DNA from: Deltaproteobacteria bacterium
GTDB lineage: Bacteria > Desulfobacterota > Binatia > Bin18
Assembly: GCA_009692435.1 (NCBI GenBank)
Contig: SHZE01000003.1
Span: forward strand, 797 to 64,796
Length of the DNA: 64,000 nt
Reading direction: 5' to 3'
Shown: positions 36,939-46,499 of the stretch, in pieces
Layout of the letters: every line of letters starts with the position of its first letter
Numbering within the stretch: the first letter of the stretch is position 1
Translations under genes and position numbers: made by a program
Notes under the pieces: generated by a model
What the model was told of the DNA's origin: nothing
What the model saw: only the letters and a program-made list of their open reading frames with translations
Databases searched by the model: none

Positions 36939-39152
36939 ATGGCTGCTTCGGCTTTGCCGCGCTCTTCTGTGGCCACGGATTCCTTGCCCGCCCCGACCGT
37001 CGCTCGCCGACCTGTCATTGCGGTTATTGGTAATCCCAACACCGGCAAGACCACGCTCTTCAATGCTCTTACGGGGCTGACCCAGCATACCGGCAACTAT
37101 TCCGGGGTCACCGTCGAGAGTGCGCTTGGCGAACTCTCGATTGACGGCACCCGTTTTCTGGCGGTCGATCTCCCCGGCACCTATTCCCTCGCTCCGCGAG
37201 CGCCCGATGAGATGATCGCAGTCAGCGTGCTCTTGGGATATGGCAGAGGCGTTACAGCGCCCGATGTCATCCTCTATGTCCTGGATGCGAGTAACCTGGA
37301 CCGCAATCTTTACCTGCTCACGCAAGTGCTTGAAGTTGGCCGCCCAATGGTGGTCGCACTCACGATGGCGGACGTGGCGCAGCAGTTGGGTTTAGCGATC
37401 GACACCAAAGAATTGAGCACCCGCTTGGGGGTTCCAGTCATTCCGGTCCAAGCAACTCGGCGCGTGGGGCTCTCCGATTTACAACATGCGCTCGGTGAAG
37501 CAGCACGGTCCGGTGCGAGCCCCATTGCTCCGGTGCGCTTGCCAGACGCGCTGAGCGACGAAGTCACACATTTGTCCGGCTCGCTCTCATCAGCAAATAA
37601 TACCGCCACCCCTATTCCTCGCTTTCTGATAGAACGCTTGCTCCTTGATACTGGAGGCTCTGTTGAAAACGAGCTATCCCGGCACTATGGAGATTCCGTG
37701 CGTACCTTGGCGCTGGCGGCACGCAACCGTCTCGCCAGCGTCGGCATTCACGTACCACAAATAGAAATTGACACGCGCTATCACTGGATCGCCGAAGTCA
37801 CGCTTGCGAGCGTCCGCCAGCCCCTCACGACACAGCACACGTGGACTGAGAGGATCGATGCCATTGTCACGCATAAAATCTGGGGACTGTTGGTGTTCCT
37901 GCTCGCGATGGCCGTGACGTTTCAGTCGATTTTTTCCTGGGCGGCCCCCCTCATGGAAACTATCGACGCGATATTCAGCACCCTTGGAGAGCGTGTCGGC
38001 AGCTTGCTGACCGATGGCCCGCTCCGCAGTCTCGTGGTGGACGGCATTATCGGCGGTGTGGGCGCCGTGGTCATTTTCGTCCCACAGATCGCGATTCTTT
38101 TCGGCCTGATCGGTATTCTTGAAGACTCCGGCTATATGGCGCGCGCGGCCTTTCTCATGGATCGCGTGATGGCGAGTTTTGGCCTTTCCGGTCGAAGTTT
38201 TATTCCGCTCTTGTCGTCATTCGCATGCGCGGTACCGGGCATTATGTCGACCCGTTCGATTGATAATCATCACGACCGGATTGCCACCATCTTGATCGCC
38301 CCACTCATGAGTTGCAGCGCTCGACTCCCGGTGTATGTTCTATTTATTTCCGCCTTTATTCCCGCTCAGACGGTATGGGGGATCATCGGGCTCCAAGGAC
38401 TCACACTCTTCGCCATGTACATGGTGGGCCTGATCGTTGCCCCGCCGATAGCGTTTCTCTTGAAGCGCACGCTGTTACGTGGGGAATCCATGCCGTTTCT
38501 TCTCGAACTGCCTCCGTTCAAGATTCCAGCGTGGCGTGTGGTGCTCTTTCGTATGTACGACCGCAGTTGGGCTTTTCTACGGCGGGCTGGCACCATCATT
38601 CTCGCCACGACCATCCTCGTCTGGGCATTATCGTATTATCCCACCCAACCACACCTCACCACGGAATTCGACATCAAGCGCGCAACAGCGACGGCGGAAG
38701 AGCGCGCGCGACTTGACATTGCGGAGGCTGGCGCACGCTTACGTGGCAGCTATCTTGGACAGGCTGGACGTGCCATTGAGCCAGTGGTTCAACCACTCGG
38801 CTGGGATTGGAAGATTGGGATAGCGACGCTCGCCAGTTTCCCAGCACGAGAAGTGATCATTGCCGCGCTGGGAACGATCTACAATCTGGGGAACAAAGAG
38901 GACGAAGGCAGCATCGCCCTGCGCGAGACGATGCAGGCGGAACGCTGGCCAGACGGACGCCCGGTGTACACCCCGATCGTCGCGCTGTCGGTCATGGTGT
39001 TCTTTGCCCTCTGCTGTCAGTGTGGAGCAACGCTGGCCACGATTAAACGCGAAACCGGCTCCTGGGGATATGCGCTTTTTACTTTCACCTACATGACCGG
39101 TCTTGCGTATGTCGGTGCGTTGCTCGTGTATCAAATTGGCAGCCGGCTGTAG
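36939..39152 (+). CDS. feoB: ferrous iron transport protein B
   Basis: The N-terminal G-domain has GNPNTGKTTLFNALTG and DLPGTYSL. A polytopic membrane domain follows. RBS AAGAGGAG. Confidence 0.95.
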   Translation: MAASALPRSSVATDSLPAPTVARRPVIAVIGNPNTGKTTLFNALTGLTQHTGNYSGVTVESALGELSIDGTRFLAVDLPGTYSLAPRAPDEMIAVSVLLGYGRGVTAPDVILYVLDASNLDRNLYLLTQVLEVGRPMVVALTMADVAQQLGLAIDTKELSTRLGVPVIPVQATRRVGLSDLQHALGEAARSGASPIAPVRLPDALSDEVTHLSGSLSSANNTATPIPRFLIERLLLDTGGSVENELSRHYGDSVRTLALAARNRLASVGIHVPQIEIDTRYHWIAEVTLASVRQPLTTQHTWTERIDAIVTHKIWGLLVFLLAMAVTFQSIFSWAAPLMETIDAIFSTLGERVGSLLTDGPLRSLVVDGIIGGVGAVVIFVPQIAILFGLIGILEDSGYMARAAFLMDRVMASFGLSGRSFIPLLSSFACAVPGIMSTRSIDNHHDRIATILIAPLMSCSARLPVYVLFISAFIPAQTVWGIIGLQGLTLFAMYMVGLIVAPPIAFLLKRTLLRGESMPFLLELPPFKIPAWRVVLFRMYDRSWAFLRRAGTIILATTILVWALSYYPTQPHLTTEFDIKRATATAEERARLDIAEAGARLRGSYLGQAGRAIEPVVQPLGWDWKIGIATLASFPAREVIIAALGTIYNLGNKEDEGSIALRETMQAERWPDGRPVYTPIVALSVMVFFALCCQCGATLATIKRETGSWGYALFTFTYMTGLAYVGALLVYQIGSRL

Positions 39153-39224
39153 GAGATGAAGAATGAAAAATTGAGAATGCCTTCAATGACATTTAACGCG
39201 TTACGTTTTACGCTTTAGTTCCCC

Positions 39225-39368
39225 ATGGATACCCAAACACTCATCGTTCTGACATTGATCGTTGTCGCGGCCCTTTATGTAGCTCGTAGCCTGTGGCCTA
39301 GCCGCCGCTCGCGGACCGGATGTCGTTCCTGTCCGCAGAACCGCGATCGCGCGGATGATTACACGTGA
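39225..39368 (+). CDS. FeoB-associated Cys-rich small membrane protein (47 aa; below the ORF-track cutoff)
   Basis: My own translation is MDTQTLIVLTLIVVAALYVARSLWPSRRSRTGCRSCPQNRDRADDYT. It has one TM helix followed by CxxC and sits 72 nt after the feoB stop. Confidence 0.65.
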   Translation: MDTQTLIVLTLIVVAALYVARSLWPSRRSRTGCRSCPQNRDRADDYT

Positions 39369-39495
39369 AACAAGAGCCCACTTTTCTCTGCTCTCCCGAC
39401 TCTCCCTTTCCCCGATTCCCCGTTTCTCCGACTCTTCCCCACCTTGCCCCACTCTTGCGTTGCGCCCAAGTAGCTGGGTATTATCCCGCCCCACC

Positions 39496-40161
39496 ATGTC
39501 TCACTGGTTATTACTGCTCCTCACCTTCCTGCTGCTCCCGTCTTGGAGTTTAGCTGCTGATGACCTGATGGACCAATACACCTCCTTACCCGGGTCTTAT
39601 GTGTTTGTGCGCCGCGAACCCGACGGCGCGGTTGCCAATCGGGTACGAATGGAGGTCTTCGAGGATTTTCTGTGCCCCTCATGCTACCAATTCTCCACGG
39701 AAATCCTTCCGAAGTTGAAAGAAAAATATGGCGAACGACTCGACCTCCGACTCATCGGCTATCCACTCGTGCACGAGGAATCTCGCCTGCCCGCGCGTGC
39801 GTACGTGATCGCCCAGGAAATGGGGCTAGGGGAGCAGATGCAGAAGGAATTGTTCCACGCCCATTTCGAGCAACAGCTTGATACCACGAGTAAAGAGGGA
39901 CTCACGAAAGTCGCGTACAGTATTGGTCTTGACCCGGAACTCCTCCTGAATCGTCTCGATAAGAATGACGGCAGCGCCGAAGTCGACCGCAATCTCGCCC
40001 TCGGCAAAAGCTATCATATTGACGCAGTTCCTGGCGTGATTTTCGACGGTTGGATCTTGCTGAAAGAGATGACCCCACAGAACCTCGAAACAATTATCAC
40101 CGGCTTACTGGAGAAGAAAAAGACACTCCCCAAGGTCACAACCAAGAAACCCCGGAAATAG
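39496..40161 (+). CDS. DsbA-family thiol:disulfide oxidoreductase (secreted)
   Basis: The signal peptide MSHWLLLLLTFLLLPSWSLA starts at ATG 39496. The active site is FLCPSCYQF. The upstream part of the track ORF runs through a repeat arm. Confidence 0.8.
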   Translation: MSHWLLLLLTFLLLPSWSLAADDLMDQYTSLPGSYVFVRREPDGAVANRVRMEVFEDFLCPSCYQFSTEILPKLKEKYGERLDLRLIGYPLVHEESRLPARAYVIAQEMGLGEQMQKELFHAHFEQQLDTTSKEGLTKVAYSIGLDPELLLNRLDKNDGSAEVDRNLALGKSYHIDAVPGVIFDGWILLKEMTPQNLETIITGLLEKKKTLPKVTTKKPRK

Positions 40162-40237
40162 GAATCTTTGCCCCTTACCCCACTGCGGAGCACCGCTGTC
40201 TCTCAACTGTATTCAAGAACGTAGAAGGATTCTCCCC

Positions 40238-42589
40238 ATGAGCGAAGCAGAAAAAGGCTACCTCTATCAGCTCGGTCGCAGGCTCATTGACCAACGCAAA
40301 CCGGTCCTGATTGGCATCACCGCCGTCACGCTCCTTTTTGCCGCCTTCGCGTCACAGTTGCACCTGGAGACACGTTTCGATGAACTCCTCCCGCAAAAAC
40401 ATCCCTTCATCAAGGTTCATAGCCAGTACGCCGGGACATTTGGCGGGGCCAACACGCTCATGCTGATGTTGGAGGTCAAGGACGGGACGATTTTCACCAA
40501 AGAGACACTCACCAAAGTCTTCGAGATGACCCAACGTCTGGATAAGGTGTTTGGGGTCAATCATGATCTCGTGAACTCCCTCGCCCATCGCACCAATCGC
40601 CGTGTGCGGATGATGAGTGGCGGCATGCAGGTCGTCGAACCGGTCATGTCACGCCCACCCAAGAACGATCAAGAGGTGGAACTGATCCGTCAGATCGTCC
40701 ATTCCTCACGCAACCTCTATGGCATCGTGGTGTCGCTCGACGAGAAAGCGACCAAACTCGAAGCGACGTTCATTGAGGATCGCCTCAATCACCGCAAGAT
40801 GTTCGATGAAGTGAGTCGTTCGATCATTCAGGACTTTGAGGACGCAAACACAAAAATTTACGCCGCGGGAGAAGTGTGGCTATATGGCTGGGTCTACTAC
40901 TACGCACGGGAAGTCTTTCTCATCTTCCTGGTCACCGCCGTGCTGATGTGGGTCCTCCTCTATTGGTATTTCCACGACATCCGCGGTGCGCTGCGCCCCA
41001 CGATTACCGGCGCGATCTCCGCCATTTGGGGGTTGGGCTTCATTAAGATGATCGGCTTTAGCCTCGACCCACTGACCCTCGTTATTCCGTTTTTCGTCAC
41101 GGCGCGGGCCATCAGCCATTCCGTGCAGATGCACGACCGGTACTACGAAGAATACAAAAAATCCAATTGGCGGAAAGAGCCCGCGATCATTGCCTCCTTC
41201 GCGGAACTGTTCGTTCCCACGCTCTCCGGCATCGTCACGGATGCCCTCGGATTATTGGTCATTCTGCTGGTCCCCATCGTGCTTTTACAAAAGCTGGCCA
41301 TCAGCGCCGCCGTGTGGATTCTGGCAATCACCGTCAGCGAACTACTGCTGAACCCCATTGTGTACTACTATCTCCGCGAGCCGGATATTCGCGTCGTCGA
41401 GCAACGCGAGCACGGGCTGTTCACACGGGTGATCCATGCGGCGACCGACGCGATCCTCTCCCCGGTCGGGCAGACCGTGACGCTCGTCGGGTGGGTCGCG
41501 CTCGTGATCGTCAGTATCTTCTTCTGGCGGAATCTCACGGTTGGTGATCCGACCGCCGCCACCCCACTGCTACCACGGGACTCCGCGTACAACAGCGCGC
41601 ATACCCGGCTCCAGGAAACGTTTGGCGGGGTCGAAAGACTGATGGTCGTGGCGGAAGGGCAAAATAATCAGCCGGTCACGAGCCCGGATGTCCTCAAAGT
41701 CGTGGAGCAGTTCCAGCGCCACATGGAACGAGACCCTTCGGTCGGAGCAAGCTTTTCGTTCGTCGATATCCTCGTCACCGTCAACGCCGTGCTCAATTAC
41801 TCGGAACCCAAGTGGGAAGTGCTCCCCCGCACCCCAGGCCAGGTGAGCCTCTTGCTGGCTTCATATTTCGCCGGCAACTCGTATCAGGATACCAACCGGT
41901 TCATCGACTCAAAATTACGGTCAGCGCCTATTCACTTCTTGTGTACCGATCATAAGGGGGAAAACATCCGTCGTGTCATCAACTGGGCCAAGACATTCAT
42001 CGACGCCAATCCAATGAAGTCGGCGACACTCCTGCTCGCTGGCGGCCCGATTGGCGTGCTGGCCGCCGCCAATGAGGAGTTATTGAAAAACGATATTCTC
42101 ATCAACGTTCTGGGATTCGCCACCATTTTCATCGTCCTCGTCATCACCTATCGCTCCGTGATGGCGGGCATCTATATGCTACTGCCCCTCCTGGTGGCCA
42201 ACGCCGTGGTCAATGCCTACATGGGCGCGCGCGACATCGGCATCAACATCAATACCCTCCCCGTGGTGACAGTCGGCGTGGGATTTGGCATTGATTACGG
42301 GCTCTATATCGTTAGCCGCATCGTCGAAGAGTTTCGCACTGGCATCAATTTACCCGCCGCGGTGCGTCTCGCCATCGCGACATCGGGGAAATCGGTCACC
42401 TTCACCGCCATCACCATGGTCATCGGCACCCTGCTCTGGACCTTCTCGAATATCCGCTTCAACTCAGAGATGGGCCTGCTCCTGGCGTTGTGGATGGGCA
42501 TCAGTTTTCTCGCCACCGTAACCTTGTTACCCGTGATGATTGTCATGCTGAAGCCACACTTCATTTTGCGGGAACACGCAACGCTTTAG
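40238..42589 (+). CDS. RND-superfamily exporter, COG1033/MMPL(HpnN)-like, paralog 1
   Basis: 783 aa with two 6-TM bundles and two periplasmic loops. It is highly similar by eye to 52970..55354, for example in the shared block HSVQMHDRYYEEY..ASFAELFVPT.SGI.TDALG. Confidence 0.9.
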   Translation: MSEAEKGYLYQLGRRLIDQRKPVLIGITAVTLLFAAFASQLHLETRFDELLPQKHPFIKVHSQYAGTFGGANTLMLMLEVKDGTIFTKETLTKVFEMTQRLDKVFGVNHDLVNSLAHRTNRRVRMMSGGMQVVEPVMSRPPKNDQEVELIRQIVHSSRNLYGIVVSLDEKATKLEATFIEDRLNHRKMFDEVSRSIIQDFEDANTKIYAAGEVWLYGWVYYYAREVFLIFLVTAVLMWVLLYWYFHDIRGALRPTITGAISAIWGLGFIKMIGFSLDPLTLVIPFFVTARAISHSVQMHDRYYEEYKKSNWRKEPAIIASFAELFVPTLSGIVTDALGLLVILLVPIVLLQKLAISAAVWILAITVSELLLNPIVYYYLREPDIRVVEQREHGLFTRVIHAATDAILSPVGQTVTLVGWVALVIVSIFFWRNLTVGDPTAATPLLPRDSAYNSAHTRLQETFGGVERLMVVAEGQNNQPVTSPDVLKVVEQFQRHMERDPSVGASFSFVDILVTVNAVLNYSEPKWEVLPRTPGQVSLLLASYFAGNSYQDTNRFIDSKLRSAPIHFLCTDHKGENIRRVINWAKTFIDANPMKSATLLLAGGPIGVLAAANEELLKNDILINVLGFATIFIVLVITYRSVMAGIYMLLPLLVANAVVNAYMGARDIGININTLPVVTVGVGFGIDYGLYIVSRIVEEFRTGINLPAAVRLAIATSGKSVTFTAITMVIGTLLWTFSNIRFNSEMGLLLALWMGISFLATVTLLPVMIVMLKPHFILREHATL

Positions 42590-42751
42590 CTTCTCCCCCC
42601 TCTGACGGAGGGGGAAAAAACCTCCCGCGAGGCTATTGCCAGGATGGTCATTCTCCTGGCACTGTGCGCGAGAGTTAGTAGAGATGTGGGAAAGTTGACG
42701 ATGTTCACCAAATTCGGACCTAAAAAACACTACGTGCAAAGGAGGCACAGT

Positions 42752-44074
42752 ATGCAACTATCTCGTTGGTTTAAGACCACCTGCGCGGTTGTCGCGACAG
42801 GGGGACTCGTTCTTGGAACAGCCGGAAGGACAATCGCTGATGTCAAAGCTGGTGACACCATCACCAAGGAAAACATGGCGAGTGCGGAAGAGTTCCTGAC
42901 CCCCGCCATGAAATGGTATGTCACGAACGGCATGCCGATGAAGATCGTCGACTACAAGAAGATCGAATGGCCCAAAGCCTTCAAGGAAGCCACGGAAAAA
43001 TACGCCGGACAGGTCAAGATTTCCGCCGATGGCCGTGACATCTTCAACTACGTCGCCGGAGCCCCCTTCCCACAAATCGACCCCAATGACCCACTGGTCG
43101 GCTTCAAGATCATGTGGAACCAAGAGCAGAAACCCGCCTACACGGACAACGTCGGAACTGAATGGATCGTCGAACTGATTAACAGCAAAGGTGAAATGGA
43201 ACGGCGGTATTCCTCTGGTTTCTGGCGCCGCATGATGTGGACAGGCCGTCTCTATTCTGATCCGAAGCCCGTTGTCCCGCACAACCCGGCAATGCGCTAC
43301 ACTGAACAGTTCGGCCCGCTCTTCGAGCCAAACGATCTGAAAGGCGCGGGAGTGCTGAGTAACCGCTACATGGCCGCCGATATGCCGGACGACTCCTACA
43401 TGTATCTGCCCGAATTGCGCCGTGTCCGTCGTATCAGCGTGTCGAACCGCAGTGACGCCTTCTGGGGGACGGATTATGACCTGGATGCGCTCTGGGGCTT
43501 CAACTCCAAAGTCGGATTCTGGACATTCCGCCTGTTGGCCGAGAAAGAGATTCTCGCTCCCATGCACGCTGGTGGGTACGGCAAGCGGATCGCGTGCAAA
43601 CCCTCTGATGGGACACATGGAACGCTAGCATTCATGCCGTGCGGTCTCAACTGGGAAAAACGCAAGGTGTGGGTGGTCGAAGGGCTCCCAACCGCGTTTA
43701 GCCAATACGCCTTCTCCAAACGGATCATGTATATCGACAAAGACACCATGGGCGTCATCTTCATGGAAGCCTACGACCAAGGTGGTGAGCTGTGGCGGGT
43801 CTTCTTCAACATGTTCGACTACAGCAAGAAGCCCTACGACGGGTATCCCGCACGCGGGATCGACGGTGCGAAATATAACTACGAAGACGAATGGGCCTTC
43901 GACCCACATGGGATGACCGCCGATCTCCAGACCTCTCATGGCAGCCCGTGGGACGCACCGTCGGGCTACGCCAAGCCTGCGGACTGGGTGAACGAGTGGT
44001 ACTTCAACGAATCAACGCCGATTAACACTGCCGAGGCCTTCTCGATCAACAACCTGATCCAGAGCGCTCGCTAG
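42752..44074 (+). CDS. DUF1329-family periplasmic protein (LolA-like outer-membrane lipoprotein-sorting fold family)
   Basis: ATG 42752 follows AAAGGAGG and a signal peptide is present. The motif AGAPFPQIDPNDPLVGFKIMWNQE matches the remembered DUF1329 G.PFP....G.....WN pattern. Confidence 0.85.
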   Translation: MQLSRWFKTTCAVVATGGLVLGTAGRTIADVKAGDTITKENMASAEEFLTPAMKWYVTNGMPMKIVDYKKIEWPKAFKEATEKYAGQVKISADGRDIFNYVAGAPFPQIDPNDPLVGFKIMWNQEQKPAYTDNVGTEWIVELINSKGEMERRYSSGFWRRMMWTGRLYSDPKPVVPHNPAMRYTEQFGPLFEPNDLKGAGVLSNRYMAADMPDDSYMYLPELRRVRRISVSNRSDAFWGTDYDLDALWGFNSKVGFWTFRLLAEKEILAPMHAGGYGKRIACKPSDGTHGTLAFMPCGLNWEKRKVWVVEGLPTAFSQYAFSKRIMYIDKDTMGVIFMEAYDQGGELWRVFFNMFDYSKKPYDGYPARGIDGAKYNYEDEWAFDPHGMTADLQTSHGSPWDAPSGYAKPADWVNEWYFNESTPINTAEAFSINNLIQSAR

Positions 44075-44083
44075 ACGGACTCG

Positions 44084-44110
44084 GAGCAGAGGGACAACAT
44101 CCCTCTGCTC
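44084..44110 (+). terminator. hairpin after the DUF1329 gene
   Basis: 10-bp stem gagcagaggg/ccctctgctc with a 7-nt loop, 10 nt after the stop. The U-tract is weak. Confidence 0.45.
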
Positions 44111-44250
44111 TCTCCCTCCATTCGCTTCCCCCATCCACATTATATTTTTTCTCCGTACCGCGTACCGCTTTCCCCTGAATTTTTTTTCTGCTAGTTAGAT
44201 GCCCACTTAATTTCACGGTCAGACAGATAAGGAAGAGAGGGGGGAAGATT

Positions 44251-44610
44251 ATGGCAGATTCAGTCAATAACGCACCGGAAGAGCAGTCCCTGGAGAAAGT
44301 GATCTGGGGGTACGTCGGCACGGGAGTCTTATGGATTTCTCTGCTGCTGACCGGACTCGCCTTTGAGCGGCTCGGAATCAGTTCGAACATTCTTTCCGGC
44401 GTCTTACCCGGGGAAATTGGCACCCTGCGCGAGCAATCCACAACATGTACGCGAGACCTCGGGATCGTCAAGAATGAGCGAGATTCCAATAAACTCACTG
44501 AAAACGCGCTCCGCGTCGAAATTGGGAAGCTCAAAAACCAACTCGCCTCGGCACAGCCATCGACACCATCGGCCACGGCTCCCACTCAGCCGACAACACC
44601 AACACCGTAA
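44251..44610 (+). CDS. hypothetical membrane-anchored coiled-coil protein with Pro/Thr-rich tail
   Basis: It has RBS GAGGGGGGA, one TM segment (VIWGYVGTGVLWISLLLTGLAF), a heptad-like region and a PSTPSATAPTQPTTPTP tail. The overlapping opposite-strand ORF has no such features. Confidence 0.5.
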   Translation: MADSVNNAPEEQSLEKVIWGYVGTGVLWISLLLTGLAFERLGISSNILSGVLPGEIGTLREQSTTCTRDLGIVKNERDSNKLTENALRVEIGKLKNQLASAQPSTPSATAPTQPTTPTP

Positions 44611-44638
44611 GTGCGCGCGCGCGTGAAAAGATCTCGTT

Positions 44639-45598
44639 ATGATTGAAGTACAGAATGTGACGAAATACTATGGTCAGGTCTGCGCCCTCAATCATGTCTC
44701 TTTCGACGTTCAGAAAGGCGAGATCGTTGGTCTCCTGGGACCTAATGGGTCTGGCAAAACAACACTCATGCGGATTCTCACGGGCTTCTTCCCTCCCACG
44801 GAGGGAAAAGTCCGCGTCGCGGGGCTTGACGTTGAGACCTCTTCGCTTGAGGCTCGTCAACGTCTCGGCTATCTGCCGGAGAGTGTTGTCCTCTACCCCG
44901 ACATGACCGTAACCTCGTTCCTGAACTTTTGTGTCCGGGTCAAAGGCAACGCCGCCGCCCAACGTCGCGGCCAAGTGGACCGGGTGCTTCACGAGTGCTC
45001 GCTCGAACACATGGCACAGCGTCACATTGGCACGCTGTCAAAAGGCTACCGCCAACGCGTCGGGCTCGCGCAAGCGCTGCTGTGTGAACCGGAAGTCCTC
45101 ATCCTTGATGAACCCACCGTCGGTCTCGACCCCAACCAAGTCATTGAAATGCGCGATCTCATCAAGAGTCTGGGAGGCAAGACAACGGTTCTGCTCTCAA
45201 GTCACATTTTGCATGAGGTTGGACTCACCTGTCATCGGGTCATCATCATCGACAAAGGGAATATTATCGCGGAGGACACCGCCGCCGGACTCAGTGAAAA
45301 GGTGCAGGGGGCAACGCGCATCCAACTGCGCGTCGTTGGACCGCAAGCGGAGATTCTCTCGGCATTGCGCGCGCTGCCGAACGTCAAGGACGTGCAGCCT
45401 CAAGAGACCTCCAACCTGGACGTGGGTGGACATCGCTTTGTCGTGCTTTCACCTGAAAAAACCATCGCTCGTGATGTTGCCCAAGTCATCGTCAATCGCG
45501 GCTGGGCCTTACATGAACTCACACCGACGACACTGGGCCTCGAAGAGCTCTTCGTGCGACTGACTGGCACCGGCGAGCAAGGCAAGGAAGCCGCGTGA
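44639..45598 (+). CDS. ABC transporter ATP-binding protein (ABC-2/GldA-like)
   Basis: Walker A GPNGSGKTT, signature LSKGYRQR and Walker B LILDEPTVGLD are present. Confidence 0.95.
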   Translation: MIEVQNVTKYYGQVCALNHVSFDVQKGEIVGLLGPNGSGKTTLMRILTGFFPPTEGKVRVAGLDVETSSLEARQRLGYLPESVVLYPDMTVTSFLNFCVRVKGNAAAQRRGQVDRVLHECSLEHMAQRHIGTLSKGYRQRVGLAQALLCEPEVLILDEPTVGLDPNQVIEMRDLIKSLGGKTTVLLSSHILHEVGLTCHRVIIIDKGNIIAEDTAAGLSEKVQGATRIQLRVVGPQAEILSALRALPNVKDVQPQETSNLDVGGHRFVVLSPEKTIARDVAQVIVNRGWALHELTPTTLGLEELFVRLTGTGEQGKEAA

Positions 45599-45603
45599 AA
45601 AGA

Positions 45604-45706
45604 ATTGAGTCATCGGGTGATTGAGTCACCGGGCCATTGCTCAAATCCCCAACCCAATCCCCCAATTTCCCAATTCTTCAATGACTCAATCACCCGATGA
45701 CTCAAT
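45604..45706. repeat. perfect 25-bp inverted repeat (ATTGAGTCA words) with a 53-nt CCAAT-rich loop
   Basis: attgagtcatcgggtgattgagtca (45604..45628) is the exact reverse complement of 45682..45706. Confidence 0.9.
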
Positions 45707-45731
45707 GTCTCAATAGCGTTCGAGGTAAATT

Positions 45732-46499
45732 GTGACAGCAAGTACGAAAGCTCTCACCAACTTCTGGGCGGTGGTCATCAAGGAACTCCGCTCCTATTTT
45801 CTCTCGCCATTTATTTATTTGATTTCCGCCGTCTTTCTGCTGCTCAGTGGCTATTACTTCTATACCGACCTCATCTTCTACGTCCAATACGGCTTCGGCA
45901 CCAATATCTTGGTCAACTTCTGGCAATTGTTCTTCACTGATCTTCGTCTCGTCGTCCTGTTGACCGTGCCTTTTCTCACGATCCGCTTATTCACCGAGGA
46001 GAAACGTCTCGGCACCATCGAACTGCTGCTCACCTACCCCATGCGCGATAGCGAACTCTATTGGGGGAAATTTGTCGCCTGTAGTATCGCCACGCTCTTC
46101 ATGCTGTCCTTCACGATCCTCTATCCGACCCTCCTCTACAGCGTGCAGCCGTTCGACTGGACCATCACCATCGCCGGCTATGTCGGTCTGATTTGCATCT
46201 CCCTCGCCTTTATCGCCTGTGGCCTCTTTATTTCCTCCTTGACGGATAACCTTGGGGTCGCGGGACTGTCCGCCCTGGGAATTTCGTTGCTGTTCTGGAT
46301 TCTCAGTTGGAACGACGGCGCGACCAATCAGGGCGTCCTCCGCTGGCTGGCCGAGGTCTCCATGGTCACGCATTTCCAAAGTTTCGCCCAAGGATTCATT
46401 GATTCGAAGGAAGTTTCTTTTTTCACCGTCTTTGTCCTGTTCTTTAGCTTCCTGACTCTGCGCTCGCTCGAAGCGCGGCAGTGGAGGGGACGGAAATGA
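45732..46499 (+). CDS. ABC-2 type transporter permease (GldF-like)
   Basis: 255 aa with 6 predicted TM segments. GTG start. Confidence 0.85.
   Translation: MTASTKALTNFWAVVIKELRSYFLSPFIYLISAVFLLLSGYYFYTDLIFYVQYGFGTNILVNFWQLFFTDLRLVVLLTVPFLTIRLFTEEKRLGTIELLLTYPMRDSELYWGKFVACSIATLFMLSFTILYPTLLYSVQPFDWTITIAGYVGLICISLAFIACGLFISSLTDNLGVAGLSALGISLLFWILSWNDGATNQGVLRWLAEVSMVTHFQSFAQGFIDSKEVSFFTVFVLFFSFLTLRSLEARQWRGRK

Noticed and set aside
42591-42625. The hairpin tcccccctc-tgac-ggaggggga after RND paralog 1, as a possible terminator
   Set aside because: The stem is short and imperfect and is followed by an A-run rather than a U-tract on the coding strand. The DUF1329 gene follows closely with its own RBS, so read-through is likely.
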